NCBI GenBank assembly: GCA_046542505.1
Contig: JBKHBH010000024.1
Location: 1-26,642, forward strand
Length of the DNA: 26,642 bases
Source of the DNA: Thermovirgaceae bacterium
Lineage (GTDB): Bacteria > Synergistota > Synergistia > Synergistales > Thermovirgaceae
Direction: 5' to 3'
The position numbers and the translations under genes were made by a program. The notes beneath the pieces are model-generated. The model ran no database searches. It was given only the letters and a program-made list of their open reading frames with translations, and was not told the origin of the DNA. The number at the start of each line of letters is the position of its first letter. Positions within the stretch are counted from its first letter, which is position 1. This document shows, one piece after another, positions 1 to 9,249 of the stretch.

Positions 1-80
1 CACCGACTGCCGCCTGTTTCAGACGACCTTTTTACAGCAGTTTAGGGGCTCGATCAGTACTTTCCTTCTGGATTGTTCCT

Positions 81-108
81 ATCATACGATTTTCGTCAAA
101 GCTTTCAA
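81..108 (-). promoter_or_regulatory. Putative sigma70-type promoter firing leftward out of the window
   Basis: Minus strand reads TTGAAA (108-103), 16 nt spacer, TATGAT (86-81). The target gene is not visible in the window. Confidence 0.35.
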
Positions 109-259
109 AGCGATCTTGGCGCAGATGACATTGACATTTTCCCGTGGCAGAATGACATCTATTCATAAATTAGATCAAGAGGTATATTTATGCAAAGAGC
201 GAAAACAGTAAATCAAGAATAAGACGCAGTTTTTCTCCGTACGGAAGGGGAGATTAAAA

Positions 260-1120
260 ATGCGAGCAAGAAGAGGATTGCTTCTGGGGATCTTAGCGGC
301 GTTGATGGTTATCTGGGTGATTCCTGTATCAGCTGAGGAAATGCTGGAACACCCCCTGATCCGGCCTTTCCCCGGGTCCGTTCTGGCGGAAAACATGTCG
401 AAATATGTCCGTTTTGAGGCTTTTGATTTCCCTGTAAGAAATCCGGAAACGAGCAAGAAGGAGAAGCATACCGTCAAGGGAGAATACCGATACTTGCTTT
501 ATGAAGTGCGCAGGGAAAACGGTGAGCGGGTTACGGATATTTCAAGACTTGAATTTTTCGAGAATTTCAAAGCCGCCGCTCTCAAGCAGGGTGGTGAAAT
601 CAAATGTGAGGATCCCCTGGTCTTTACCATTCCCAGGGAAGACGGCGGAATGACCTGGTGCCAGGTAGCGCCTACGGCGTCCATGGGGCAGACCTATCTG
701 ACGATAGTGGATGAAAAGGCCCTTGAGACGTCGCTTGTTTTCGGGCCTGTCGAGATGAAGAAGGCCCTTGACGCTGAGGGAAAGATCGTTCTTTATGACA
801 TTTTGTTCGATTACGACAAGGCGACGCTCCAGCAGTTCTCTGACAAGCAGCTCCAGCATGTGCTTACACTGCTTGCCGAAAACCCTGAACTGCATTTTGA
901 AATACAGGGGCACACCGACGGTGACGGGAGCGAGGAATACAATCAAAAACTTTCGCAGCGGCGGGCGGAATCGGTACTAAACTATCTGCTTCTTTTCGGA
1001 ATAGAGCCGTCGAGACTCCAGGCAAAGGGGTATGGTGAATCACTTCCGGTGGCGTCCAACGATACTGACAAGAACAAGGCGAAAAACAGGCGGGTCGTTC
1101 TGTTAAAGATGAATCAGTAG
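260..1120 (+). CDS. OmpA/MotB-family peptidoglycan-binding protein with signal peptide
   Basis: Signal peptide ending VSA|EE and a purine-rich RBS upstream. C-terminal OmpA-like motifs ILFDYDKA, EIQGHTD..G..EYNQKLSQRRAESV, GYGES.P, NRRV. N-terminal HPLIRPFPGS domain of unknown function. Confidence 0.9.
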   Translation: MRARRGLLLGILAALMVIWVIPVSAEEMLEHPLIRPFPGSVLAENMSKYVRFEAFDFPVRNPETSKKEKHTVKGEYRYLLYEVRRENGERVTDISRLEFFENFKAAALKQGGEIKCEDPLVFTIPREDGGMTWCQVAPTASMGQTYLTIVDEKALETSLVFGPVEMKKALDAEGKIVLYDILFDYDKATLQQFSDKQLQHVLTLLAENPELHFEIQGHTDGDGSEEYNQKLSQRRAESVLNYLLLFGIEPSRLQAKGYGESLPVASNDTDKNKAKNRRVVLLKMNQ

Positions 1121-1127
1121 AAGCAGT

Positions 1128-1147
1128 TGTCAAAAGCGTTTTTGACA
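1128..1147. repeat. Perfect inverted repeat TGTCAAAA-N4-TTTTGACA
   Basis: TGTCAAAA at 1128-1135 and TTTTGACA at 1140-1147, immediately 5' of the terminator hairpin. Confidence 0.7.
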
Positions 1148-1183
1148 CCCCGCCCCAACCATATGGTGGGGGCGGGGGTTTTT
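1148..1183 (+). terminator. Intrinsic terminator between convergent ompA-like gene and glgB
   Basis: CCCCGCCCC (1148-1156) pairs with GGGGCGGGG (1169-1177), enclosing the palindrome ACCATATGGT, followed by TTTTT (1179-1183). Confidence 0.8.
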
Positions 1184-3107
1184 ATGTCTTTTCGTGTTGC
1201 TTTTCTTTTTTGAGAAAAGAAACAGAAAGCGGAGGCAAAACGATCGATATGGAGTGGTCGAACCCGTGATAGGGAATCGGCGTAGTTTGTGTGCCGCCGA
1301 AATTCCCCTGGCCGCTGCCGCCGTAATCTTTTGCGTCGCTGTTGAGTATTTCCTTCCAGAAACCGCTTTCAGGTACGCCGATCCTGTAATTGTGTCGTGG
1401 GACGGGGGTAAAGTTACAGGCGATGAGCACTTCCTCACCTGATTCACCGGACTTCCGCAGGAAGGAGATGGCGCTGTTTTCCCAATCCCGGAAATCAACC
1501 CAGCTGAATCCGTCAGAACTTGTGTCTTTCGCGTGCAGGGCGGGTTCTTCGCGGTAGGTTTTGTTCAGGTCTTCCACCCAGCGCTGTAAACGGCGGTGGT
1601 GCTCATTTTCGGAAAGATGCCAGTCAAGGCCCGAATCATGGTTCCATTCGGACCATTGGCCAAGCTCGTCGCCCATGAAAAGCAGTTTTTTCCCGGGGTG
1701 TCCGTACATGTACCCCAGAAGAAGTCTCACGTTGGCGAACTTCCTCCAGTCGTCACCGGGCATTTTCCCGATGAGGGATCCTTTTCCGTGTACGACTTCG
1801 TCGTGGGAGAGTGGAAGAACGAAGTTTTCCGAAAAGGCGTACCAGATGCTGAATGTGAGGGTATCGTGATGATATTTGCGATACAGGGGGTCTTTCGACA
1901 TGTATCCCAGGATGTCGTGCATCCACCCCATGTTCCACTTGAGGTCGAAGCCAAGGCCGCCGACTTCCACAGGCCGCGTCACCATGGGCCAGGCCGTGGA
2001 TTCCTCGGCGATAGTGAGCACTCCCTTATGATGGTCGTGAAGTATTTTGTTCATCTGTTTGAGAAATTCGATGGCATCGATGTTTTCCCTGCCGCCGTAT
2101 TTGTTCGGAATCCATTCGCCCGGTTTTCTCGAGTAATCCAGATACAGCATGGATGCAACGGCGTCGACGCGGAGGCCGTCGGCATGATATTTTTCAATCC
2201 AGAAATTGGCGCTGCTCGTCAAAAAGGACCGGACCTCGTTACGGCCATAGTTGAAAATTGAGCTTTTCCAGTCCGGGTGGAACCCGAGCCTGGGATCCAT
2301 GTGCTCGAAAAGGTATGTGCCGTCGAACTGCGCCAGACCGTGGGTGTCGGCGGGAAAATGAGAGGGGACCCAGTCGAGGATGACTCCGAATCCCGCCCTG
2401 TGCAATTCGTTCACGAGATACATGAAATCTTCGGGCGTGCCATACCTGGCAGTAGGGGCGAAGTATCCCAGCGTCTGGTATCCCCAGGAGCCGTAAAATG
2501 GATGTTCCATGACGGGAAGGAATTCCACATGGGTGAAATTCGTCTGCCGCAAATACGCGATGAGTTCGTCCGCCATTTCACGGTAGTTCAGAAAGCCTTC
2601 ACCATCCACAGGGGAGCGTCGCCAGGATCCTGGATGAATTTCGTAAATCGAGAGGGGCGAATCGAGAGCGTTGACCTTTTCCCTTGAGGCAAGCCAGTCC
2701 TCGTCGGACCATTGCCAGCCCAAATCCTGCACGATTGACGCATTTCCAGGCGGCATCTCCCAATAGAACGCGAAGGGATCGCCCTTGTCCTGGGTTCCGG
2801 TTTCCGATTCGATGCGATATTTGTAGGATGCCCCGGGGGAGACATCCGGAATGAAACCTTCCCGGATTCCTGTATCGGGCCAGTACTGGACCAGCTCGTG
2901 TCGCTCGTCATTCCAGCCGTTGAAATCGCCGATAAGAGTGACCCGTCGGGCATTGGGGGCCCACACGGCAAAATGGGTCCCTTTCCTGTCTCCGACGGTG
3001 GTCACGTGGGCTCCGAGCTTTTCATAGAGCCGCGAATGCGTTCCTTCCCTGAAGTAGTAAATGTCCTCTTCTGTCAGGAGCGTGTGCCTGATTAGATTCT
3101 GTTTCAT
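1182..3107 (-). CDS. glgB: 1,4-alpha-glucan branching enzyme (GH13), 641 aa short form
   Basis: FAVWAPNA, IYEIHPGSW, SWGYQ, LDWVPSHF, catalytic DGLRVDAVASM / IAEES / LSHDEVVHGK, HPGKKLLFMG. RBS GGAGGTG; TAATG overlap with the treS stop. Confidence 0.97.
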   Translation of the reverse strand: MKQNLIRHTLLTEEDIYYFREGTHSRLYEKLGAHVTTVGDRKGTHFAVWAPNARRVTLIGDFNGWNDERHELVQYWPDTGIREGFIPDVSPGASYKYRIESETGTQDKGDPFAFYWEMPPGNASIVQDLGWQWSDEDWLASREKVNALDSPLSIYEIHPGSWRRSPVDGEGFLNYREMADELIAYLRQTNFTHVEFLPVMEHPFYGSWGYQTLGYFAPTARYGTPEDFMYLVNELHRAGFGVILDWVPSHFPADTHGLAQFDGTYLFEHMDPRLGFHPDWKSSIFNYGRNEVRSFLTSSANFWIEKYHADGLRVDAVASMLYLDYSRKPGEWIPNKYGGRENIDAIEFLKQMNKILHDHHKGVLTIAEESTAWPMVTRPVEVGGLGFDLKWNMGWMHDILGYMSKDPLYRKYHHDTLTFSIWYAFSENFVLPLSHDEVVHGKGSLIGKMPGDDWRKFANVRLLLGYMYGHPGKKLLFMGDELGQWSEWNHDSGLDWHLSENEHHRRLQRWVEDLNKTYREEPALHAKDTSSDGFSWVDFRDWENSAISFLRKSGESGEEVLIACNFTPVPRHNYRIGVPESGFWKEILNSDAKDYGGSGQGNFGGTQTTPIPYHGFDHSISIVLPPLSVSFLKKEKQHEKT

Positions 3108-6100
3108 TATTGTCCACCTCCTGGTGGCGTCTCAACTTTTGTGGCGTCCTCGATCATTTCCAGGATCCCCTTTATGGGGATGTCGATCCAGCCGGGTCTG
3201 TTGTTCAATTCGTAATTGAGCTCGTAAAACGCCTTTTCGAGCATGAAGGCATGGAGAAGCCCCTGTGCCGCCGAATCGGATTCCGGGATGAAGGAGGCAT
3301 GTCCGGAGGCCTTTTTGTAACCCTCCAGAAATGTATTGGAAACTGAAGCGAGCCACACCTTCCGCCATGACAGAAGGCGGGGTTCATCCTGTGGTCGGAC
3401 GACGAGACGTTCTTTCAGTGCTGATGCTATGGCATAGTCGAAGGAGCGGAGCATACCGGCCAGGTCACGAAAGGGGGAACGCTTCAGACGTCGTTCACTC
3501 AGGGGTCGCATGGGTTCTCCCTCGAAATCGATGATCTTGAAATCTTTTCCTGTAAAGAGAACTTGTCCTAGATGGTAATCGCCGTGAATCCGGATTTTCT
3601 GGGTCCGGATTTTCTCTTTCGTGATCCTGTTCATTAACATCTGCACCGTCTTTTCAAGGGACAACAGGAGTTCTGCCTGTTTCGCCACGGCGTCGCGGAG
3701 TGTCTTCTGTCTTCGCTTGAGAGTTTTGAGAGCCGAAGAGGCGAGGCTTCTCATGGACTGGTAGATGGCTCTCTGGTAAAGCTTGGAGAAAGCTTCCGGT
3801 TTGAATTCGGCGTTCTCCGGGTCTGAGGCCAGCGCGAGGTGCATTTCAGCTGTCCGCTGTCCGAGCAGATACACCATTTCGAAGAAGAAATCTCCGGCTG
3901 TCTCGACAAGCTCCGGCGGTACAGGGCTGCCCCCGATCTGGGGAATAAAGGATCCCTTTGTTTCAGGGGCCGCCCGTGTCTCGGAAAGTACGGCATCGAA
4001 GAAGTGATCGAGGGAAGATTGCGCGAACGACCATGCGGTACCCTGGTTAGGAACGTATTCCTGAAAAACGCCGAGCATGATCGGTTTGTCCAGCGAAGGG
4101 GCATTGTATTCCAGGGCACCGATGTATCGGGGCGTATGGAAAAAGCGTGTTTCTTCTGTCAGGAACCGGCTGATCTCCCGATCAGGGTTGGGGCCTTCTT
4201 CTATCTTGCGAAGCATTTTCAAAAACAGCCATTCGTCGTAAATAACGGAAGAATTGCTTTGTTCGGCACGGAGAACCTTCGAAGAAAGGCGGTCGGGAAG
4301 CTTGAGCTTCTTTGCTTCTTTGCCCTGTATTCCGCAGAGGGTACCCTTGTGGTTGCGGATTTTCTTCCGTTTCAGCAGGAGGTCAAGCAAAGCAGAATGG
4401 AAAACGGAATCGTGAAAGCCATCGTAAAGAACACCGGAGGTTTCCTCTACTGTTGCTTCGGCAAAGAGTGTTTCAGGATAGTTTTTCCGTAGTTCCGCTT
4501 CAGCCTCGCCTGTGGCGAATGAAAGAGGAAGGGCGTACATTTCAGGAGCGCCTTCCGTGTAAAGGACACGAAGGATCATGAAATATACGCGGGATGAGTT
4601 TTTCGGGACGGGGATACATTCTTCGATGGAGACTGTGCGTATGGTTTTCGCCTTTCCCCCGAACCACCGCGATCTTGGAAGGTACGAAGGGAACACCTTT
4701 TTTTCGAGTTTCTGCATAACAGCAGGGCTCCGGAAATCCTTCCAGCGGGGTATATCCAGGCTGGGAATTTCCATGCCCTCTTCTTTGATAAAGGCCTGTT
4801 CACGTGATTTCCGGAGCTTAAACCAGAAATAGTCGTGGAACCCCATCGTCAGCGTATATGGCTGTGCGCCGATTTTCGGAAAGGCATTTCCGCTGAAAAC
4901 TTCTTCGGGAAAATACCCCTCGTATTCGGAAAGATCGAGTTCCGCAGCCTGAGAAAATCTCGAAAGATTGGCGACTACAAGGACGGTTTCGTCATCGTAG
5001 TTGCGTCTGAAGGCCAGGATTCTCGGATTTGAGCAGTTGACGATTTCCATGTCGCCCCTGCTTAGAGCCTTGAGCTGTTTCCTCATGGAGATGACCCGAC
5101 GCATCCACCAGAGGAAGGAAGAGGGGTTTTTTTCCTGGTTTTCGACGTTTACGGCCTCGTAGTTATACTCGGGGTCCATGATGACGGGCAGGTACAGCTT
5201 TTGAGGGTTTACTTTCGAGAAACCTGCGTTCCGGTCGGGGGACCATTGCATGGGTGTCCTGACACCGTTCCTGTCCCCGAGGAAGTAATTGTCTCCCATG
5301 CCGATTTCGTCACCGTAATAAAGGCAAGGTGCGCCCGGCAGGGAAAAGAGGATGAATTTCAGCAATTCGGCCCGTCGCCTGTTTTGCTGGACAAGGGGAA
5401 ACAGCCTTCGACGTATGCCGAGGTTGATTCTCGCCCTAGGGTCACGGGCGTACACGCTGTACATATAATCCCGCTCCTCATCGGTCACCATTTCGAGAGT
5501 CAGTTCATCGTGGTTCCTCAGGAACATCACCCACTGGCAGGGATCCGGTATCGGCGGTGTCTGTTCCATGATATCTACAATCGGGAAGCGGTCTTCCATC
5601 CACAGGGACATAAATATCCTCGGCATGATCGGGAAATGAAAGGCCATGTGGCATTCATCCCCGTATCCGAAATAGCTGACGGCATCTTCAGGCCATTGGT
5701 TCGCCTCGGCGAGGAGCATCCTGTCGCCGTACTTCTCGTCCACGTGACTTCTGAGTTCTTTCAGAAACTGATGGGTTTCGGGAAGGTTCTCGCAATTTGT
5801 CCCTTCTCTTTCAAAGAGGTAGGGAACAGCATCAAGGCGGAAGCCGTCGACGCCCAAGTCCAACCAGTGATCGAGTATTTTCAGGACGGCCTGGCATACC
5901 CGCGGGTTGTCAAAGTTCAGGTCCGGCTGGTGGGAGTAGAAGCGGTGCCAGTAATAGGCTCCTGCGACGGGGTCATAGGTCCAGTTGGATGTTTCGAAAT
6001 CCTGGAAAATAATCCGTGCGTCTGAAAACCTGTTGGGATCATCGCTCCATACGTAGAAATCCCGCCAGACGGAACCGGGTTTGGCCTTCCTTGCCCTCTG

Positions 6101-6460
6101 GAACCAAGGGTGCTGGTCCGAAGTGTGATTGATTACGAGCTCAGTGACGATCCGAAACTCCATTGAGTGAGCCTTTCGCAGAAACCTGCGGAAGTCCCGA
6201 AGCTTGCCGTATTCAGGATGGATGTTCTTGTAATCTGCGATATCATAGCCGTCATCCCTTAAAGGAGAAGGGTAAAAGGGAAGCAGCCACAGCGTGTTGA
6301 CACCAAGGTCTTTCAGATAATCCAGTTTCCGTATCAGGCCCTCGAAATCACCGATACCGTCATTGTTGCTGTCGAAAAAGGCCTTGACATGAACCTGGTA
6401 AATTACTGCATCCTTGTACCACTGAGCGTTCTCGTTCATCTTGTTGCTTCCTTCCTTCAT
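3107..6460 (-). CDS. treS: Trehalose synthase-maltokinase fusion (TreS-Pep2/Mak); alternative start ATG at 6439
   Basis: TreS motifs WYKDAVIY, RDDGYDIADY, HRFYSHQPDLN, GFRLDAVPY, AEANQW, FLRNHDELTLE, DRNGVRTPMQW. C-terminal maltokinase motifs RWFGGK, AEQSNSS, RIHGDYHLGQVL, IIDFEGEP, DLAGMLRSF, LEKAFYE. Confidence 0.95.
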   Translation of the reverse strand: MKEGSNKMNENAQWYKDAVIYQVHVKAFFDSNNDGIGDFEGLIRKLDYLKDLGVNTLWLLPFYPSPLRDDGYDIADYKNIHPEYGKLRDFRRFLRKAHSMEFRIVTELVINHTSDQHPWFQRARKAKPGSVWRDFYVWSDDPNRFSDARIIFQDFETSNWTYDPVAGAYYWHRFYSHQPDLNFDNPRVCQAVLKILDHWLDLGVDGFRLDAVPYLFEREGTNCENLPETHQFLKELRSHVDEKYGDRMLLAEANQWPEDAVSYFGYGDECHMAFHFPIMPRIFMSLWMEDRFPIVDIMEQTPPIPDPCQWVMFLRNHDELTLEMVTDEERDYMYSVYARDPRARINLGIRRRLFPLVQQNRRRAELLKFILFSLPGAPCLYYGDEIGMGDNYFLGDRNGVRTPMQWSPDRNAGFSKVNPQKLYLPVIMDPEYNYEAVNVENQEKNPSSFLWWMRRVISMRKQLKALSRGDMEIVNCSNPRILAFRRNYDDETVLVVANLSRFSQAAELDLSEYEGYFPEEVFSGNAFPKIGAQPYTLTMGFHDYFWFKLRKSREQAFIKEEGMEIPSLDIPRWKDFRSPAVMQKLEKKVFPSYLPRSRWFGGKAKTIRTVSIEECIPVPKNSSRVYFMILRVLYTEGAPEMYALPLSFATGEAEAELRKNYPETLFAEATVEETSGVLYDGFHDSVFHSALLDLLLKRKKIRNHKGTLCGIQGKEAKKLKLPDRLSSKVLRAEQSNSSVIYDEWLFLKMLRKIEEGPNPDREISRFLTEETRFFHTPRYIGALEYNAPSLDKPIMLGVFQEYVPNQGTAWSFAQSSLDHFFDAVLSETRAAPETKGSFIPQIGGSPVPPELVETAGDFFFEMVYLLGQRTAEMHLALASDPENAEFKPEAFSKLYQRAIYQSMRSLASSALKTLKRRQKTLRDAVAKQAELLLSLEKTVQMLMNRITKEKIRTQKIRIHGDYHLGQVLFTGKDFKIIDFEGEPMRPLSERRLKRSPFRDLAGMLRSFDYAIASALKERLVVRPQDEPRLLSWRKVWLASVSNTFLEGYKKASGHASFIPESDSAAQGLLHAFMLEKAFYELNYELNNRPGWIDIPIKGILEMIEDATKVETPPGGGQ

Positions 6461-8460
6461 TACATGAAGTAGTCGAAATCTTCCTCGCGGCGCATACGTC
6501 GGTGAATACGGAAAATCTTCGCAGGCAGGACCGCCGGATCGAAACCCACGGCATTTGTACCCCCCTGCCAGACAAATTTTTCATCACCAAGCAGGTCGTG
6601 GAGGAGATAGGACTGGTTAGAATCGATGCCGAGTTTCTCAAGAGGCAGATTAACATGGCAACTTTGATGCGTGAAGGGATCAAGGCTGACACCTATGAGG
6701 AGGAGGTCGTTTCCCTCGGTATTTTCCTTGAGATAAAAGAGAATGTTCTCATTGTCGGTGTCAAGGAATTTCAGGTTCCGTGTACTCTGCAACGCCGGAT
6801 TATCTTTGCGGATGGTGTTCACTCGAGAAATGAAATCCTTCAAATTCCCGGGTTGATCCCAGTTCCAGTCGCGTATCTCGTATTTTTCGGAAGCATGATA
6901 CTCTTCGCGGCCTGGTAATGCGTCAAATACGAGCAATTCAAAAGGAGGTCCATAGATACCGTAGCATGAAGAAAGGGTCGCTGCGAGCACAAGCCGTATG
7001 ACAAAAGCGGGACGGCCGCCGATTTGTAGAAATTCGGGAAGAATATCGGGGGTATTGGGCCAGAAATTCGGTTGAAAGTACTCGACGAGTTCGGTTTGCG
7101 TCAGTTCGACGAGATAATCCCGCATCTCCCGGGCGCTGTTTCTCCAGGTGAAATAGGTGTAAGACTGGGTGAAGCCTTCCCGCGCAAGGCGTCGCATGAC
7201 TTTAGGCCTGGTGAAGGCTTCGGCGAGAAAGATGACGTCCCTGTCACGTTTTTTGGCTTCCGCGATAAGCCAGTTCCAGAAACGAAATGGCTTCGTATGC
7301 GGATTGTCTACGCGGAAAATCCGTATGCCCTGGTCCATCCAGAAAAAGGTCACTTTTTTCAGTTCTTGCCAAAGATCTTTCCAATCCGGTGTTTCAAAAT
7401 TGAAGGGAACCACGTCCTGGTATTTTTTCGGAGGGTTTTCGGCATACTGGATGCTGCCGTCGGGTCTCCACCTGAACCACTCAGGATGGGAAGCAATATA
7501 GGGATGATCCCGAGAGCACTGGAAAGCGAGATCCATGGCAACTTCCATGCCCAGATCACCAGCTGTTTTGACGAAATCCCTGAAATCCTCGAGTGTGCCG
7601 AGATCCGGGTGGATGGTTTTGTGTCCTCCTTCGGAGGCCCCGATAGCCCAGGGGCATCCAGGGTCTTCAGGCCCTGCGGGAAGGGTGTTGTCCGGTCCCT
7701 TGCGATCGGTCGTACCTATGGGATGAACGGGAGGGACGTAAACGACATCGAACCCCATCCTGGCGATTTCTGGAAGACGTTCACAGGCGTCTTTCAGGGT
7801 ACCGCCCATTCTCCCGTTGCATGTCGAACGGGGGAAAAATTCGTACCAACTGCTGAAACGGGCTTTAGAAGGCACCACATCGACTTCAAGAGGCGCAGAA
7901 GGTTGCGTCACGGTGGAGCCTTCATCGGAGTTTCTGGTCATCAGGTCCTTGAGGCGTTTTTCTTCGAGAATCGGCGGTATCCTCTCGAGCTCCAAAGCGC
8001 CGGCTAATCTTTCCATATAGGTGAGAAGCTCCCGACGGTCGGCGCCAGTGGCCGTTGCAAGGTTTTTTTCGATTTCAGTACAGATCTGGTCGCGGTCAAC
8101 GGTGGTGGCCTCGCCGGCGGAAAGTTTTTTCAAGAAATCCTTCGAGAGTGTGGCAAACCTGTCGACGGTGCCACGGACCGCATATCTGTGGCGTTTCATG
8201 CCTGTAATTGTAAAACAGGCATTCCAGCGATCATTTCCGATATGGGTCATGGGATATTCCTGCCACTGAAGGGGAGTTTCATGTGTTCCCCTGTAGACGA
8301 GGAGAGTGGCTCGTATCTCATCATGCCCGTCGGCGAAGACATCCGCTTCGACAGACACGGTTTCTCCCGGGATCCTGCGGATCGGAAAGCGTCCATCGTC
8401 GATGGACGGAGTTATCTTTTCTATAACGACTCTAATTGTTCCTTCCTGCATATGCGTCAC
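6460..8460 (-). CDS. glgE: Alpha-1,4-glucan:maltose-1-phosphate maltosyltransferase; alternative start ATG at 8451
   Basis: ADVFADGHD, SWYEFFPRS, GFDVVYVPPVHPIG, YAENPPKKYQD, catalytic FRVDNPHTKP / AEAFT / NTPDIL, QSYTYFTWRN, SEKYEIR. Confidence 0.96.
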   Translation of the reverse strand: MTHMQEGTIRVVIEKITPSIDDGRFPIRRIPGETVSVEADVFADGHDEIRATLLVYRGTHETPLQWQEYPMTHIGNDRWNACFTITGMKRHRYAVRGTVDRFATLSKDFLKKLSAGEATTVDRDQICTEIEKNLATATGADRRELLTYMERLAGALELERIPPILEEKRLKDLMTRNSDEGSTVTQPSAPLEVDVVPSKARFSSWYEFFPRSTCNGRMGGTLKDACERLPEIARMGFDVVYVPPVHPIGTTDRKGPDNTLPAGPEDPGCPWAIGASEGGHKTIHPDLGTLEDFRDFVKTAGDLGMEVAMDLAFQCSRDHPYIASHPEWFRWRPDGSIQYAENPPKKYQDVVPFNFETPDWKDLWQELKKVTFFWMDQGIRIFRVDNPHTKPFRFWNWLIAEAKKRDRDVIFLAEAFTRPKVMRRLAREGFTQSYTYFTWRNSAREMRDYLVELTQTELVEYFQPNFWPNTPDILPEFLQIGGRPAFVIRLVLAATLSSCYGIYGPPFELLVFDALPGREEYHASEKYEIRDWNWDQPGNLKDFISRVNTIRKDNPALQSTRNLKFLDTDNENILFYLKENTEGNDLLLIGVSLDPFTHQSCHVNLPLEKLGIDSNQSYLLHDLLGDEKFVWQGGTNAVGFDPAVLPAKIFRIHRRMRREEDFDYFM

Positions 8461-9107
8461 CCGCTTTTTGAGGTAGGTCGTATCATTTTATGATAAAGCA
8501 GTGAAGAGGAAACGCAAGAGTCTGTATTTCCTCCGCAGCTTTTCCCTTTTGTGTTTTGCCGGGATTTTGACTCCGGTACGGGGGCATTTTCAAAAGACCG
8601 GCGTGCTTCCTCGGTCATGAGAACAATGAGAAGTTGCCCCTGTGCATGGTCACCTGTGTTGTCCCGTTTCAGTGCAAGATAGGCCGGGCCATGCGAACCG
8701 GGCTGGGCCGAGACAAAAAGGGCAAAGGAATCCTCTTTAAAGAGGAGATTATACCTTGAGTGCTTCTTTTCGATTTCCTGCAGCAGGGAGCTCATGGAAA
8801 TCTTTGAAGAATCGATCAACAGTTCAATAGCATGTATGAGATTCGTGTCAAGAGTAAGGAGCCTGATTGTTTCGAGACCCTCCGGACCGTCAAAATTCCT
8901 GCAGGCATATGTCCCGGGTCGGGCATTTTCCACGAGATCACCGCAGCGGACATGATCAAGGCGAGCATGCAGGCTGATTCCGCCTTTTTCAATGAAATCC
9001 AGCAGGCAACCGGTGGTATTTTCGCCGGACATATTCCGTATTGAATAAACACCGATGACCATAAGCAAGACAATCAGTAGAATCGGGATAAATCCTCTGC
9101 GTCTCAT
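8457..9107 (-). CDS. Hypothetical exported or membrane-anchored protein
   Basis: 216 aa ORF with a basic N-terminus and hydrophobic helix (MRRRGFIPILLIVLLMVIGVY). GTGA overlap with glgE. No family recognised. Confidence 0.6.
   Translation of the reverse strand: MRRRGFIPILLIVLLMVIGVYSIRNMSGENTTGCLLDFIEKGGISLHARLDHVRCGDLVENARPGTYACRNFDGPEGLETIRLLTLDTNLIHAIELLIDSSKISMSSLLQEIEKKHSRYNLLFKEDSFALFVSAQPGSHGPAYLALKRDNTGDHAQGQLLIVLMTEEARRSFENAPVPESKSRQNTKGKSCGGNTDSCVSSSLLYHKMIRPTSKSG
8481..8517 (-). promoter_or_regulatory. Putative internal promoter for glgE-treS-glgB with an overlapping palindrome
   Basis: Minus strand TTGCGT (8517-8512), N16, TATCAT (8495-8490). Palindrome TATCAT-N3-ATGATA at 8481-8495. 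Confidence 0.35.
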
Positions 9108-9249
9108 GGTATTCTGTTTTCAGGCCTTTCCTGATAGGATAAAAACGGCATACAAACTGGAATTTCTACGAATACACTAACAGAATCGAGACTTTTGAAA
9201 AGCGGGAACTCAAAGCGTCACGGCACAAAACAGGAGAAGGCATCCGTTG

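Noticed and set aside
2..223. Open + frame at the window start as the 3' end of a gene
   Set aside because: The translation is unrecognisable and overlaps promoter-like signals. It cannot be supported without upstream sequence.
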